DNA of 64,000 nucleotides from the NCBI GenBank assembly GCA_963818475.1, contig CAWFSF010000006.1, positions 128,001 to 192,000 on the forward strand, given 5' to 3'. The notes under the pieces were generated by a model. It saw only the letters and a program-made list of their open reading frames with translations, had not been told where the DNA came from and ran no database searches. Position numbers and translations under genes: made by a program. Shown one piece after another: positions 21,614 through 32,847 of this stretch. Every line of letters starts with the position of its first letter. Position 1 is the first letter of the stretch. The stretch is from Nitrospirota bacterium (GTDB lineage: Bacteria > Nitrospirota > UBA9217).

Positions 21614-21622
21614 ATCAGAGCT

Positions 21623-22537
21623 ATGGATATTTCTGTAATTTTTGCAACATACAAGCGCCCTAAGCTGCTTGAGGAAACCCTCAGCAGCTTCCTCTCATTG
21701 AAGCTGGAAGGTCTTACCTGGGAGATAGTACTTGTAGACAACGCGGGAGACGCAGAGACTGAAATTATAGCCAAAAAGTACAGGGACATGCTCCCAATCC
21801 ACTTCTTAACGGTCACCATGCGTGGAAAAAACAATGCTCTCAACAGGGCTGTTTCAGAAGCGCGAGGAAAGCTTTTTGTATTTACGGATGACGATGTCGT
21901 CGTTGAACCGGACTGGCTCATCGAAATGTGGAAAGGAGCAAATCGTTGGAGCCAAAACCACGTTTTTGGCGGGAAAATTTTACCGAAATATCCAGAGGGT
22001 CAAGTGCCGCCCTTTGAACATCCATTTCTTACAGGTGCGTATGCAATAGCGGATTTCGATATCCCAGAGGGGATCTATGCGGCCCATCGGGTATGGGGGC
22101 CGAACATGGCGATCAGAGGGGCACTCTTTAAAGAAGGATGGAAATTCAACGCTGATATCGGGCCCGATGGAAGCGCGGCCTATGTACCGGGAAGTGAGAC
22201 AGATTTAACCAATAGACTTGAAAAAGCCGGTAACCCTGCTGTATATCTTCCAAAATCGTTAGTGCATCATCAGATACGAAAAGAACAACTCGACATGGAT
22301 TGGCTTTATGGCAGAGCGTTCCGGTTCGGACAGCAAAATTCCCATAAAGAAGACAAATCGAATATTTCAATGTGGTTCGGAATTCCACGGCACCTGATAG
22401 GAAAGATCATAAAAGCTTATGTTCGCATCGCCCTTTCGTTTTTTAGTAAGGATAAAAAGATAAATTTCGAGCGCTGGCTCTTCTTGTGGGATACCCGGGG
22501 CAGGATTCATTGGTACCGGAAAGTTTATTCAAAATAA
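21623..22537 (+). CDS. GT2 family glycosyltransferase
   Basis: ISVIFATYKR, LVDN, FTDDD, GSETD. Confidence 0.9.
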   Translation: MDISVIFATYKRPKLLEETLSSFLSLKLEGLTWEIVLVDNAGDAETEIIAKKYRDMLPIHFLTVTMRGKNNALNRAVSEARGKLFVFTDDDVVVEPDWLIEMWKGANRWSQNHVFGGKILPKYPEGQVPPFEHPFLTGAYAIADFDIPEGIYAAHRVWGPNMAIRGALFKEGWKFNADIGPDGSAAYVPGSETDLTNRLEKAGNPAVYLPKSLVHHQIRKEQLDMDWLYGRAFRFGQQNSHKEDKSNISMWFGIPRHLIGKIIKAYVRIALSFFSKDKKINFERWLFLWDTRGRIHWYRKVYSK

Positions 22538-22623
22538 GATCTTGATGTCTCGCACGAGCATTCATTGCATAGTACTTGGGAAAATATGAAAGTATCGCCT
22601 CGGGTAGCAGGTTCCCCGCCGAT

Positions 22624-23490
22624 ATGACGCGGGTATCTCTCGTCAGGGGAAAGAACAGGCGGGATATTGTCAGCAAGTCTCTTGATCTCATCGCTGACGA
22701 TATCAAACAGCACCTCTCTTCAAAGCAGCCAATAATCAAACCGAACTTCGTCTCTCCGACGATCCAGCTTGCCTCAAGCCATGTCGATCAAATACGGGGA
22801 ATCCTGGATGTTATCACGGGCATCTATCAAGGCACCATCCTCGTCGCCGAAGCCTCCTGCTATGACACGAGGGAGGCCTACCGCAACTTCGGTTATCTCG
22901 ATTTGGCCCGTGAATATCCCGTCGAACTTCTGGATCTGAATGAAGGTCCTTTCGAGAACATCACCATTTCCGGCGGCAACAGGACGCTGACTCTCCGGGC
23001 ATCCCGTCTCTTGCTCGACAGATCAAAATACCTCATATCAGCCTCAAGAATGAAGACCCACGATACCGTCATGGTGAGCCTCGGTATCAAGAACCTGGCA
23101 ATGGGCGGTATCTTCAGCGGCGACAAGAAATCAGTCCATCAGGGGATCAGTGCGACCAACCGGTACATCGCGGGAATCGCAGAACAGGTCTGGCCTGACC
23201 TGTCGGTCATAGACGGTTATGAAGGCATGGAAGGGGACGGCCCCTGCCGCGGCGAAGCGGTCCCTCTCGGCATCGCTATCGCAGGCACCGATGCCCTCGC
23301 CGCAGATCGGGTTGGGTGCGAGATCATGGGGGTAGATCTGCACGAAGTGGGATATCTTCACTACTGCGCGGAGATGGGCCTGGGTGAGGCGGACCTGAAA
23401 AAGATCGAAGTTTTGGGTGAACGGATAAACGACTGCATCAGGCCTTTCAGGCTCCATCGCAATGTAAGGGAACAGTACGCGTGGAAATAA
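22624..23490 (+). CDS. DUF362 family protein
   Basis: IKPNFV, MKTHD, LGIKNL, IDGYEGMEGDGP, DALAAD. Confidence 0.8.
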   Translation: MTRVSLVRGKNRRDIVSKSLDLIADDIKQHLSSKQPIIKPNFVSPTIQLASSHVDQIRGILDVITGIYQGTILVAEASCYDTREAYRNFGYLDLAREYPVELLDLNEGPFENITISGGNRTLTLRASRLLLDRSKYLISASRMKTHDTVMVSLGIKNLAMGGIFSGDKKSVHQGISATNRYIAGIAEQVWPDLSVIDGYEGMEGDGPCRGEAVPLGIAIAGTDALAADRVGCEIMGVDLHEVGYLHYCAEMGLGEADLKKIEVLGERINDCIRPFRLHRNVREQYAWK

Positions 23491-23491
23491 G

Positions 23492-23624
23492 GTAACAACT
23501 CAGGTCAAAACCATTAGCCGCGAAAGATCGCATAGAACGCAGAGAGCTTTTAAAGCTGAAACCCAAGAACTGACGCTTTTCTTTGAGATCTCTGCGCTCT
23601 TTTGCGGCCAACCTGAGCAGTTAT
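23492..23624. mobile_element. 133-bp MITE-like element with 9-bp periodic inner arms
   Basis: TIR gtaacaactcaggt / acctgagcagttat; flanks gaaataag / aaaataag (7/8 TSD); inner gccgcgaaaga...cgcagaga / tctctgcg...tcttttgcggc. Confidence 0.6.
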
Positions 23625-23657
23625 AAAATAAGATGCTATAAAAAGATGGGGTAAAAA

Positions 23658-23742
23658 GCACCACCCCCAGCCCCTCCTTGCCAAGGAGGGGAGTTGTTTA
23701 GTCTTTCTTTCCACTTGCTAAGGGGAGGTTAGGTGGGGTGCA
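23658..23742. repeat. REP-like GC hairpin element (related half copy at 27527-27561)
   Basis: cccctccttg-cc-aaggagggg hairpin and ggggaggttaggtggggtg; compare cctctcccc-aga-ggggagagggtagggtgagggg. Confidence 0.5.
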
Positions 23743-23758
23743 TTCAGGAGGAGTCATT

Positions 23759-24676
23759 ATGGGCAAAAGTACTGCAATTCGCTGGAAGGGGATCATCCTG
23801 GCCGGCGGCGCCGGGACGAGATTATACCCCATCACCCTGGCGGTGAACAAGCAGCTGCTCAGTGTGTACGACAAGCCGATGATCTATTACCCGCTTTCGG
23901 TGCTCATGCTGGCAGGCATCCGCGACATACTGATAATCTCTACTCCGGAAGACCTCCCGAAGTTCGAGCTGCTCTTTGGCGACGGTTCCTCGATCGGCCT
24001 GCGCTTGTCCTATGCCGCGCAGCCCCGGCCAGAAGGTCTGGCGCAGGCTTTTACCATCGGCCGTGACTTCATCGGCGAGGACCACTGCTGCCTGATCCTG
24101 GGAGATAATATCTTTTACGGCAGCGGGCTGCCGGACATGCTGAAGCGCGCGGTGCAGGTCGAAAAAGGCGGCCTCATCTTCGGATGCCGGGTGAAAGACC
24201 CTGAGCGATACGGTGTCGTGGAATTCAGCGACGACGGCCGTGTTTTGAGCATCGAGGAAAAACCGTTAAGACCGAAGTCGAACTATGCCGTGGCAGGGCT
24301 CTATTTCTTTGACAATCGGGCTATCGAAATCGCATCAAACCTGACGCCCTCGGCAAGGGGCGAGCTGGAAATAACCGACGTGATCAATACCTACCTGGCA
24401 GAGAAGGAGCTGCGGGTCGAGTTGATGGGCCGGGGGTTCGCCTGGCTCGACACGGGGACCCATGAATCGCTGCTCGAAGCGAGTACCTTCATCGAAACCA
24501 TTGAGAAACGCCAGGGGTTGAAGGTTGCGTGCATCGAGGAAGTGGCCTATAGGATGGGGTTCATCTCTGCGGACCAGGTCACCGGCCTTGCGGAGCCGAT
24601 GAAGAAGAACGGCTACGGGCGGTATCTGCTTCAGCTCATCGGAGAACGGGACGGACAAGAGCGGTTATCGGCATGA
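23759..24676 (+). CDS. rfbA: Glucose-1-phosphate thymidylyltransferase
   Basis: [43 protein letters not shown]. Confidence 0.95.
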   Translation: MGKSTAIRWKGIILAGGAGTRLYPITLAVNKQLLSVYDKPMIYYPLSVLMLAGIRDILIISTPEDLPKFELLFGDGSSIGLRLSYAAQPRPEGLAQAFTIGRDFIGEDHCCLILGDNIFYGSGLPDMLKRAVQVEKGGLIFGCRVKDPERYGVVEFSDDGRVLSIEEKPLRPKSNYAVAGLYFFDNRAIEIASNLTPSARGELEITDVINTYLAEKELRVELMGRGFAWLDTGTHESLLEASTFIETIEKRQGLKVACIEEVAYRMGFISADQVTGLAEPMKKNGYGRYLLQLIGERDGQERLSA

Positions 24677-24751
24677 TCGGACGCCATAAGCGTTACAACG
24701 GTACCTTGGCAGGGTGATCGGGTCATACGCGGGTACAAACGAGGGGGAAAT

Positions 24752-26086
24752 ATGAAAATTTCAATCATCGGAACCGGATATGTCGGTCTGGTAACCGGCA
24801 CGTGCCTAGCCGAGAGCGGCAATGATGTCATCTGTATGGACATCGATCCCGCGAAAATAGAAATGCTCGCCGCGGGGATCATACCGATCCATGAACCGGG
24901 ACTCGAAGAACTTATCAAACGGTCCGTAACATCTAAGAGGCTCACGTTCACCACGGACATGGCGCAGGCAGTGAAACGCTCGAACATAATCTTCATTGCC
25001 GTCGGCACTCCTCCCGGAGAGAACGGCGCCGCTGATCTCAACTACGTGCTCAAAGCTGCAGGGGAGATCGGCAAATATATGAATGGATACAAGGTCATCG
25101 TCAACAAAAGCACTGTGCCCGTAGGTACAGGCGACAAGGTGAAGGCCCTGGTCGCCGGCAAGACTAAACACCGGTTTGATGTGGTTTCAAATCCTGAGTT
25201 TTTGAAGGAAGGCGCAGCCATCGAGGATTTCATGAAGCCCGACCGTATTGTGATCGGCGCGGAAAGCCCGAGAGCAATTAAAGTCATGCGGGAGCTCTAT
25301 GCCTCACTGATCCGGAAAGGAGACCGTATCCTTGTCATGGATATCAAAAGTGCGGAAATGACAAAATACGCGTCCAACGCCATGCTGGCAACCAAGATAT
25401 CCTTCATCAATGAAATGGCAAATGTCTGTGCGAGTCTCGGAGCAGACATCGACAGCGTGCGTCGGGGAATGGGATATGACAAGCGAATTGGTTTTGAGTT
25501 CCTCTTCCCCGGAGTCGGTTATGGAGGGTCCTGTTTCCCCAAGGATGTAAAGGCATTGGTTCAGACCGCGAAAGAGCAGGGGATGGACACGAAAATGCTC
25601 AAGGCTGTTGAAGCGGTCAATGAACGGCAAAAGGCGGTTTTGTCCGACATGATCATCGATCATTTCAAGCAGAATAAAATGGGGGGAAGCAACGGGAATG
25701 GAAAAGCGCTTGCAGGAAAGACGATCGCTGTTTGGGGCCTTTCGTTTAAGCCGCGAACAGACGACATGCGCCAGGCGCCGTCCATCGTGATCATCAACAG
25801 TCTTCTACGTGCAGGCGCTGTTGTCAGGGCTCACGACCCTGTGGCCATGGATGAAGCCCGCAAGATATTCAAAAACAAGATTATGTTTACCACAGACGGC
25901 TATGAAGCACTCCGGGGGGCCGATGGCCTCGCTGTCGTAACCGAATGGAGTGAATTCCGGTCGCCCGATTTCCGCAACATGAAAAATCTCATGAAGGGAC
26001 CGGTCATTTTCGACGGCAGAAATCTCTACCGCAAGGGAGATCTGGAAAAGATGGGTTTCGTGTATTACGGGATCGGAAGAAAATAG
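24752..26086 (+). CDS. ugd: UDP-glucose 6-dehydrogenase
   Basis: IGTGYVGLV, SNPEFLKEG, GYGGSCFPKD. Confidence 0.9.
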   Translation: MKISIIGTGYVGLVTGTCLAESGNDVICMDIDPAKIEMLAAGIIPIHEPGLEELIKRSVTSKRLTFTTDMAQAVKRSNIIFIAVGTPPGENGAADLNYVLKAAGEIGKYMNGYKVIVNKSTVPVGTGDKVKALVAGKTKHRFDVVSNPEFLKEGAAIEDFMKPDRIVIGAESPRAIKVMRELYASLIRKGDRILVMDIKSAEMTKYASNAMLATKISFINEMANVCASLGADIDSVRRGMGYDKRIGFEFLFPGVGYGGSCFPKDVKALVQTAKEQGMDTKMLKAVEAVNERQKAVLSDMIIDHFKQNKMGGSNGNGKALAGKTIAVWGLSFKPRTDDMRQAPSIVIINSLLRAGAVVRAHDPVAMDEARKIFKNKIMFTTDGYEALRGADGLAVVTEWSEFRSPDFRNMKNLMKGPVIFDGRNLYRKGDLEKMGFVYYGIGRK

Positions 26087-26147
26087 AAAAGGCATGCGCT
26101 CTTTTGTTCAGATATGAAAATCAGCAGGCAGAGAAAGGAGATCGGCC

Positions 26148-27455
26148 ATGAAACTATTGGATAGAATTCAAGATCGCAGCGCAACGGTAGGTGTTATCGG
26201 GCTTGGGTATGTCGGGCTTCCTCTGATCATTCAATTCGTGAAGGCGGGCTTCACCTCCTACGGATTCGATGTCGATCCGGAGAAGATCAAGCACCTGGAA
26301 GCGGGAAAATCCTATATAAAACATATACCTGCCGAGGAGATGAAGCTGCTCAGGTCCAATGGCGGTTTTCATCCGACTGCGGATTTCTCGCTCTTGAAGA
26401 AGGTCGATTGCATCATCATCTGCGTGCCGACGCCGCTCAACCATTACCGTGAACCGGACCTGTCGTATGTTCTCAATACGACGAGAACGATCGCGAAGTA
26501 TCTCCGAAAAGACCAGCTCGTAGTGCTCGAGTCCACGACCTACCCGGGGACGACCGATGGCGATATGAGAACGATCCTTGAGGCAACGGGCAAAAAAGCC
26601 GGCAAAGATTTTTATCTCGCTTTCTCTCCGGAACGGGAGGATCCCAATAATAAAGACTATTCTACGAGCACGATACCGAAGATCGTGGGCGGCTATACGA
26701 AGGAGTGCCTGAACGTTGCCAACGCCCTGTACAGCATGGTGGTGCAAAAGACCGTTCCGGTATCCTCGACGAGGGTCGCTGAGTCGGCAAAGCTCCTTGA
26801 GAATATTTACCGGGCGGTGAACATTGCAATGGTCAACGAGCTCAAGCTGCTTTTCGACCGGATGGATATCGATATCTATGAAGTGATCGAAGCAGCCAAG
26901 ACCAAACCTTTTGGATTCCAGGCGTTCTATCCCGGACCGGGCCTGGGGGGGCATTGCATCCCCATCGATCCGTTCTATCTCACCTGGAAGGCGCGGGAAT
27001 TCGGCTTCCACACGAAGTTCATTGAATTGGCAGGTGAGATCAACACCTATATGCCTTATTATGTGGTGGAGAAGGTTGTCGACGCCCTCAACAAGCAGGA
27101 AAAGATGACTACTCATTCGAAAGTGCTTGTCCTGGGATTGGCCTACAAGAAGGATATCGATGACACCCGGGAATCGCCCTCCCTGAAATTGGTGGAACTC
27201 CTGATGCAAAAAGGGGCGGAGGTCGACTACAACGATCCCTATATTCCCCATACCAAGAAGATGCGCATGTACGATTTCAAGAAGAGCTCGGTGCCTCTTT
27301 CCAAGGATATGCTCAAACAATACGATTGCGTGGTGATCGCAACCGACCACTCGTGCTATGACTACGAGCTTATTGTGAAGAATTCCTCGCTCGTGGTTGA
27401 TACCCGCAACGTCGTCAACGGCTTCCACAAGCTGGGGACCGTGGTAAAGGCATGA
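26148..27455 (+). CDS. UDP-N-acetylhexosamine 6-dehydrogenase (WbpA/TviB-type)
   Basis: IGLGYVGLPL, ESTTYPGTT, FSPEREDP, GGHCIPIDP. Confidence 0.85.
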   Translation: MKLLDRIQDRSATVGVIGLGYVGLPLIIQFVKAGFTSYGFDVDPEKIKHLEAGKSYIKHIPAEEMKLLRSNGGFHPTADFSLLKKVDCIIICVPTPLNHYREPDLSYVLNTTRTIAKYLRKDQLVVLESTTYPGTTDGDMRTILEATGKKAGKDFYLAFSPEREDPNNKDYSTSTIPKIVGGYTKECLNVANALYSMVVQKTVPVSSTRVAESAKLLENIYRAVNIAMVNELKLLFDRMDIDIYEVIEAAKTKPFGFQAFYPGPGLGGHCIPIDPFYLTWKAREFGFHTKFIELAGEINTYMPYYVVEKVVDALNKQEKMTTHSKVLVLGLAYKKDIDDTRESPSLKLVELLMQKGAEVDYNDPYIPHTKKMRMYDFKKSSVPLSKDMLKQYDCVVIATDHSCYDYELIVKNSSLVVDTRNVVNGFHKLGTVVKA

Positions 27456-27587
27456 CCGCTCAAAAGAGTGCAGCTGTTAGAACGTGCCCCGATGGTGAAG
27501 GCCAAATGAAAGACCGATCCTGATGTCCTCTCCCCAGAGGGGAGAGGGTAGGGTGAGGGGGCTACAGGTGTAGGTGTAACGATCGTA

Positions 27588-28077
27588 TCAGCTGATGGGC
27601 TTGCTCACGACGGGAGCGAAATCGCTTTCGATCCCCAGCGAATCGTAGGCTGTCACGGTAAAATAGTAGGTCTGTCCCCCGTTAAGGCCGGCCAACTGAT
27701 AGGAACTCACATTACCGACGACAATAGAGGTGTATACGCCGGGCGTGGTACCATAATACACTTTATATCCCGCCAGTGTGGTGAGCGGCGTTCCGTCAAC
27801 ATTGGTTGTCGGCGCAGACCATGTAAGGGTTGCCGTTCCCGTACCCGTTCCCGTATCCGTTCCCGTGTCCCGATCCGTTCGGTACCGTTGCAGTCTCCGT
27901 TCCCGGTGAAACGCCCGGTGTCTGTAGGTCCGCGGTTGAGGCGTCGCCGCCGCATCCGAAGAGTGTAAGGATGATGACAACGAGCGCGGCAAGAAAAAGC
28001 AGGCCGTGGCGCGAAATGTGTCCTTTGTGGAGATCGGTTCCTTTCTGAACCGGTGCGGCAGTAATGAGTGTTGACAT
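27588..28077 (-). CDS. FN3-domain lipoprotein, frameshifted near 27875
   Basis: RBS aggagg; lipobox LFGC; Gly/Thr linker; FN3 ATLTWSAPTTNVDGTPL...YYFTVTAYD in the second frame. Confidence 0.75.
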
Positions 28078-28173
28078 TGTTATTTACCCTCCTTGATCCA
28101 CAGCGCGGTGACCGGTGCAGTCCGGTCCGGCACAGCGGATTATTAAAAAAAGTTGCCGTTAAAAAGTTGTACA

Positions 28174-28216
28174 ATAGTACGATTAAAACGATAAGACCTC
28201 TGTGATTGCGATCACA
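28174..28216 (-). promoter_or_regulatory. Perfect Crp box TGTGA-N6-TCACA (28201-28216) plus -10 TACTAT (28179-28174); class II geometry
   Basis: ctgtgattgcgatcacag centred at 28208.5 = -41.5; next to the divergent Crp gene. Confidence 0.8.
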
Positions 28217-28421
28217 GGATAAATAAAACTTAAGTTGTTGAGTATAAAGGATTAATTTGAACGATCTGGATTATTGTAATAATAAAGTTGTATGCAGTGT
28301 TATGGAGAGATGCTTTGCAGGGACCCGGGAAAGAAGGAAAAAAGAGGGGCGAGTCGTATTCTCAGGCGGGAAAATGATGCGGAAGGAACTGTCGCCATTA
28401 CTGCGAAAAAAAGGGTGAACG

Positions 28422-29198
28422 ATGCAGAACTCAAAAAATAAGAAGACCGGTGCAGGCCGCGCTAAGAAAAAGGCTCGTCCAGAAGCTCATGCCGTTGATC
28501 GAGCTCCCGCTCAAGCCAGGCACGAGGGAAACGGCATTCTAAAAGATATTGCGCTCTTTTCGTCGCTTGCTGATAAGGAGTTGCATCAGATCATGACCCA
28601 TATTATCCTGCGGGAGTTCAAGAAGAACCAGACTATCCTTCATGAAGAAGAAACAAGCGAATTCATGTACATCATCATCAATGGCAAGGTAAAGGTTACC
28701 CGTGTCGGCAAGGATGGAAAAGAAGCGATTCTTTCCATGCACGGGTCGGGAGAGTTCTTCGGAGAGGTTGCCCTGATCGACGGAAGAACTGCTCCGGCCG
28801 CTGTTCTGGCGGTGGAGAACTCGAACGTGGCCACCATCTCAAAGGATCATTTTTATTCTCTGCTGTTTACCCAGCGAAAGGTGCTGGAGAACCTTCTCAA
28901 AATACTTTGCTCGCGGCTTCGGGAGGCATGGCAAAAGATAGAGATGCTGACATTCAACGATGCCGCGCAGCGGCTAAAGATGCTGTTGAACATCCTGGCG
29001 GAAGCACACGGAGAAAAGACCCCTGAAGGTACGGTGCTGCATGTGAGGCTGATCCATCAGGATATGGCTGATATGGCGGGCTTGACCCGCGAGACCGTAA
29101 CGCGGGTGCTCGATAAATGGAAGAAAAACGGAGAGATCGAGGTCCTCCGCAGCAAGTACATCCGCCTGAACGACGAGTTCTATTCGATCGAGCTGTAA
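28422..29198 (+). CDS. Crp/Fnr family transcriptional regulator
   Basis: cNMP domain (GEFFGEVAL) and HTH with Crp-type recognition helix TRETVTR. Confidence 0.92.
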   Translation: MQNSKNKKTGAGRAKKKARPEAHAVDRAPAQARHEGNGILKDIALFSSLADKELHQIMTHIILREFKKNQTILHEEETSEFMYIIINGKVKVTRVGKDGKEAILSMHGSGEFFGEVALIDGRTAPAAVLAVENSNVATISKDHFYSLLFTQRKVLENLLKILCSRLREAWQKIEMLTFNDAAQRLKMLLNILAEAHGEKTPEGTVLHVRLIHQDMADMAGLTRETVTRVLDKWKKNGEIEVLRSKYIRLNDEFYSIEL

Positions 29199-29236
29199 TG
29201 ATGCCGTCTTCAGTTCTTTCCGTGTTCAATTTTTTT

Positions 29237-29448
29237 GGTTCATTCGTATGAAGTTGAAAAGTTCATAAAACCGAAATCAAAGATCAAGAACTTCTTGGGA
29301 GGAGAAAGGGGGAAGTTGGGAAAAAAGGGGTAACTGCCTTATTAATAAGAGCTAATCCCCATTTCACCATCCTTCTCCATTTCTCCTAAAAGTTCTTCTT
29401 CGGGGTTCTGAAGCTAAATCCGTTTTTCAACTAGTATACGAAAGGGCA
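29237..29448. mobile_element. ~212-bp MITE, copy 1
   Basis: Highly similar to 42207-42419; imperfect TIR ggttcattcgtat / atacgaaagggc; flanks attttttt / attttttg. Confidence 0.8.
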
Positions 29449-29541
29449 ATTTTTTGATAGTAAACACGGGCGGGATGACGGCAGGCGGGGAGAGAGAGGG
29501 GATGACGCTCCGCTCTGAGGGCCGGCAGCGGCACAGACATA

Positions 29542-31398
29542 TTACGAGGACAACGCTCGGCTGTATTTCAATTTATTGAGCGGTTTCAGGTTTTTGAGGA
29601 TCTTGTCGGTCAACTCCGGCAGAAGCGTTTGTTTGACCTGACGTGACGTCTCTGACGAGAACATCGTATTCAACGACGCAAGGAATTGCTGTATCTCCGC
29701 TTCCTGCACCGTATCTGAATGCAAGAGCTCAATAAAATGCGATATCTTTTCGCTTATTAACGAGGCGATATCATAATCCTTGCTCGTGAACGGCTCAGAG
29801 GACTTTTTGTTGTTCAGGTTGAGAACGCCGATAACGCGGCCGTCCCGTTTTAACGGAATCGACATCAGGGACTTTGTGGTATATTGCGATATGCTTTTTT
29901 GAGAAAAACGCGGATCGTTCTCGATATTTTCAATAAATAACGGTTTCCCCTCCAGCGCCACCCACCCTGCTATTTTATCCCCCAACTTGATCTTGGTCCT
30001 TTTGACGATGTCATCATCGAGGCCGACCGCGCTTTTAACCGTCAGCTCGCTGGTGAGATCGTCGCTGAGCATGACGGAGCAAATGTCGAGGTCCAGCAGC
30101 TCGGAGATAAACTCGACAAAGGAATCCATGCCGCGGTTCACATACGTATCAAAGGCCTCCTTGCTGTTCTTTTCGATGCTCAGCATGATGTGACTGCTGG
30201 TGTCGGTGTTTTTTGCGGAGAGCGTCCACCGGTGCGTTTCGGCGATATTCTTGGCAAGATAGAGCTTGAGCTGATCTTCGGGATGCTCGAACTGAAAGAT
30301 GTATCGCGTGTCGTACAGGATCGGTATGATGCTCTCCGGCAATGCGCGCGAAACCGTAATGCTTACCTGCAGCTGTTCGTCCTCCGTTGCTCTGATCCGC
30401 ATGGAGTCCCCGCGTTCAAGGTAATGAGCGAGCCCGTCTATTAGGTTCGTAAAGAGCTGCAATGCCTTTATCCGGTCGCCTGCAAATTCCAGCAGGCTGT
30501 CCGGCGTCTCGATGAAAAGGCGAACTCCTATGCGGGCCAGGGCGGTCTGCAGCGACTTTGATTCCTGAAGGTCCCTGAAAAAATCCTTCATGTTGATAAT
30601 GGTCTTTTTAAAGATCCTCGACTCATCTTCGTGTTTGAGAAAGCCCAGGAGGTTTTCAACGATGTAAACGAGGTTGTCTATCTCGCTCGATATGATGCCC
30701 TGAAATTCCTTGCGGTCGTTTGATTCAAGGTGAGGGTCCGTTTGCTGAAGGACATAGATGGCGCCTTTCACCGAGTTCAGCGGTGTCCGCAGCTCATGGG
30801 AGATCCTGGTCAGGAACTCTGTTTTCAGGATGTCCGTTTCGATCAGTTTTTTGTTGATGTCCTCCAGCTCGTCGGCTTTTGATTTCAGCCGGGTAAGGAG
30901 GAGTGCATTTTCGAGGGCGATCGCCGCATGATTCGCGAGGGTCTTGACCAGCTCGAATTCGTCACTGTTGAATGTGCTATTGTCTTTTTTGTCGTTGATA
31001 TTGAGGATGCCGAGCAGCTTGTTCTTGCTCACGATGGGGCAGGAAATGAAGGACGTGGTCCGATAGTGGTCCCGCCGCAGGTCCTTAAGCCCCTCTTCCC
31101 GTTCAATGTTCTCGACCAGTACGGCGGTGCGGGTTTTCGCTACGGTACCGGCAATGCCTTCGCCAAAGCCGGTCCGGTAGCGGCGAACAAACTGCGGATC
31201 AAGTCCTTTTGCCGCGAATATCTCGAACTCGTTCCGCTCCGTAAGCAGCATCAGGGAGCCCTTCTCGGCATGCGCATAGCCGATCGCACGGTCGAGGATG
31301 AGGTTTGCAATTGCATTGATGTCGTCGGAAATGGCGATCGCCGAGGAGAGCTCCTGGATGATCGACAATTTCAGTTTTAAGAGTTCGAAGTGCTGCAT
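29542..31398 (-). CDS. GAF-HisKA-(degenerate HATPase)-GAF signalling protein
   Basis: Two GAF domains (GIAGTVA...SCPI...GILNINDK; KIAGWVA...SIPL...GVLNLNNK); H-box ISHELRTPL. Confidence 0.8.
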   Translation of the reverse strand: MQHFELLKLKLSIIQELSSAIAISDDINAIANLILDRAIGYAHAEKGSLMLLTERNEFEIFAAKGLDPQFVRRYRTGFGEGIAGTVAKTRTAVLVENIEREEGLKDLRRDHYRTTSFISCPIVSKNKLLGILNINDKKDNSTFNSDEFELVKTLANHAAIALENALLLTRLKSKADELEDINKKLIETDILKTEFLTRISHELRTPLNSVKGAIYVLQQTDPHLESNDRKEFQGIISSEIDNLVYIVENLLGFLKHEDESRIFKKTIINMKDFFRDLQESKSLQTALARIGVRLFIETPDSLLEFAGDRIKALQLFTNLIDGLAHYLERGDSMRIRATEDEQLQVSITVSRALPESIIPILYDTRYIFQFEHPEDQLKLYLAKNIAETHRWTLSAKNTDTSSHIMLSIEKNSKEAFDTYVNRGMDSFVEFISELLDLDICSVMLSDDLTSELTVKSAVGLDDDIVKRTKIKLGDKIAGWVALEGKPLFIENIENDPRFSQKSISQYTTKSLMSIPLKRDGRVIGVLNLNNKKSSEPFTSKDYDIASLISEKISHFIELLHSDTVQEAEIQQFLASLNTMFSSETSRQVKQTLLPELTDKILKNLKPLNKLKYSRALSS

Positions 31399-31417
31399 AC
31401 CGCCGACTCCGCTGCGC

Positions 31418-32847
31418 TCAGATGCAGTGTTCCGAATCGCCATTACTGCTGCTCTCTTGCCTTCTTCTGCTCGCACTGCTGAGCGTCAAGCGGCGGAGAA
31501 ATTCCTGTTCGCTCAGTATCTTATACAGGGTCTTTCTTGATATGCCGAGATTACGCGCTGCTTTGGATTTGTTGCCGTTGAACACTTGAAGCGCTTCGGA
31601 TATGGCTTGACGTTCCAGGGCCTTCAGCGGTTTTATCCCGATGGCCGGGGCGGCGCCCTGCAGGCGGTGGTGGAAGTCCTCGGGCAGGTCGGTCATCGAG
31701 ATGCGGTCGCTCTTGGCCAGGACGACGGCCCGCTCGATGACGTTCCTGAGCTGCCGTATGTTGCCGGGCCACGGGTAATGGGTAAGTATGTTCATGACCT
31801 CATCGGTAAAGGAAAAAAGCCTGTTTTCGCGCACTGAAAAGTCATTCAGTATTTCCGTTGCAAGCAGGGGGATGTCACCGCTGCGTTCCCGGAGGGGCGG
31901 AACGTCTATTTGAACCACATTGAGCCGGTAAAAAAGGTCCTCTCTGAACCGGCCCTGTTCCACTTCCTGCTTCAAGTCCTTGTTCGTTGATGAGATGAGC
32001 CTGAAGTTGACCTTGATCTTCTTGTTCGTTCCCAGCCGTTCGATCTCCCGTTCCTGCAGCGCCCGCAAGCAGCTTGACCTGCACCGGGAGCTCCATTTCA
32101 CCGATCTCATCAAGGAACATCGTCCCTTCCGCAGGCCTCTTCGAATTTGCCCGTTCTGGATGCTGCTGCGCCGGTAAACGCGCCTTTCTCATAGCCGAAG
32201 AGCTCTGATTCGAGCAGCTCCCGGGGGATCGCCGCACAGTTCACGGCAACAAAAGGCTTGTTGAAGCGCTTGCTGAGGAAATGGAGGTTGCAGGCGATCA
32301 CCTCTTTTCCGGTGCCGGTATCTCCCTGGATGAGAACACTGCTGTCCGAGTCCTTGACCATTTCGATCGTTTTTGCGATCCTGTCCATGGACGGCGTATT
32401 CCCGATAATGCGGTGCAGGTTGCTCCGCTGGCATGACCGGCGTTTCAGGTTCTCGACCTGCTTTTTGGATGCATGCTGTTCAATGGCCGTTGCCAGGACA
32501 TTTTTGAGCTTGGGGTAGTCGGGCGGTTTGATGAAGTAGTGGTACGCGCCGCTGGTCATGGCCTGCACGGCGGATTCCACTGAACCATAGGCGGTCAGGA
32601 ACATGACCGGCGTGTACGGATGATGCCGGGAAACGTAATTGAACAGCTGGAACCCGTCCTTGTCGGGCATTTTCATGTCCGTAATGACCGCATCAATATC
32701 CTCGTTCTTCAGGACGCCCACGGCGTGGTCGACGTTCATCGATGCCAGGACATGATATCCCTCTTCCCTCAGGATCGCCGACAGTACTTTAACCGCATTG
32801 GGTTCGTCGTCAACGACCAGTATTGTACTGCCTCCGGTAACTGCCAT
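31418..32847 (-). CDS. Sigma54-dependent response regulator (REC-AAA+-Fis HTH), frameshifted at about 32070-32135
   Basis: ILVVDDE, TDMKMP, GDTGTGKE, GAFTGA, FREDLFYRL, WPGNIRQL, GNKSKAA. Confidence 0.9.

Noticed and set aside
26154-27428. 424-aa minus-strand ORF
   Set aside because: Antisense shadow of the nucleotide-sugar dehydrogenase with no recognisable motifs; the same applies to 45080-46126, 46886-47779 and 35809-36606
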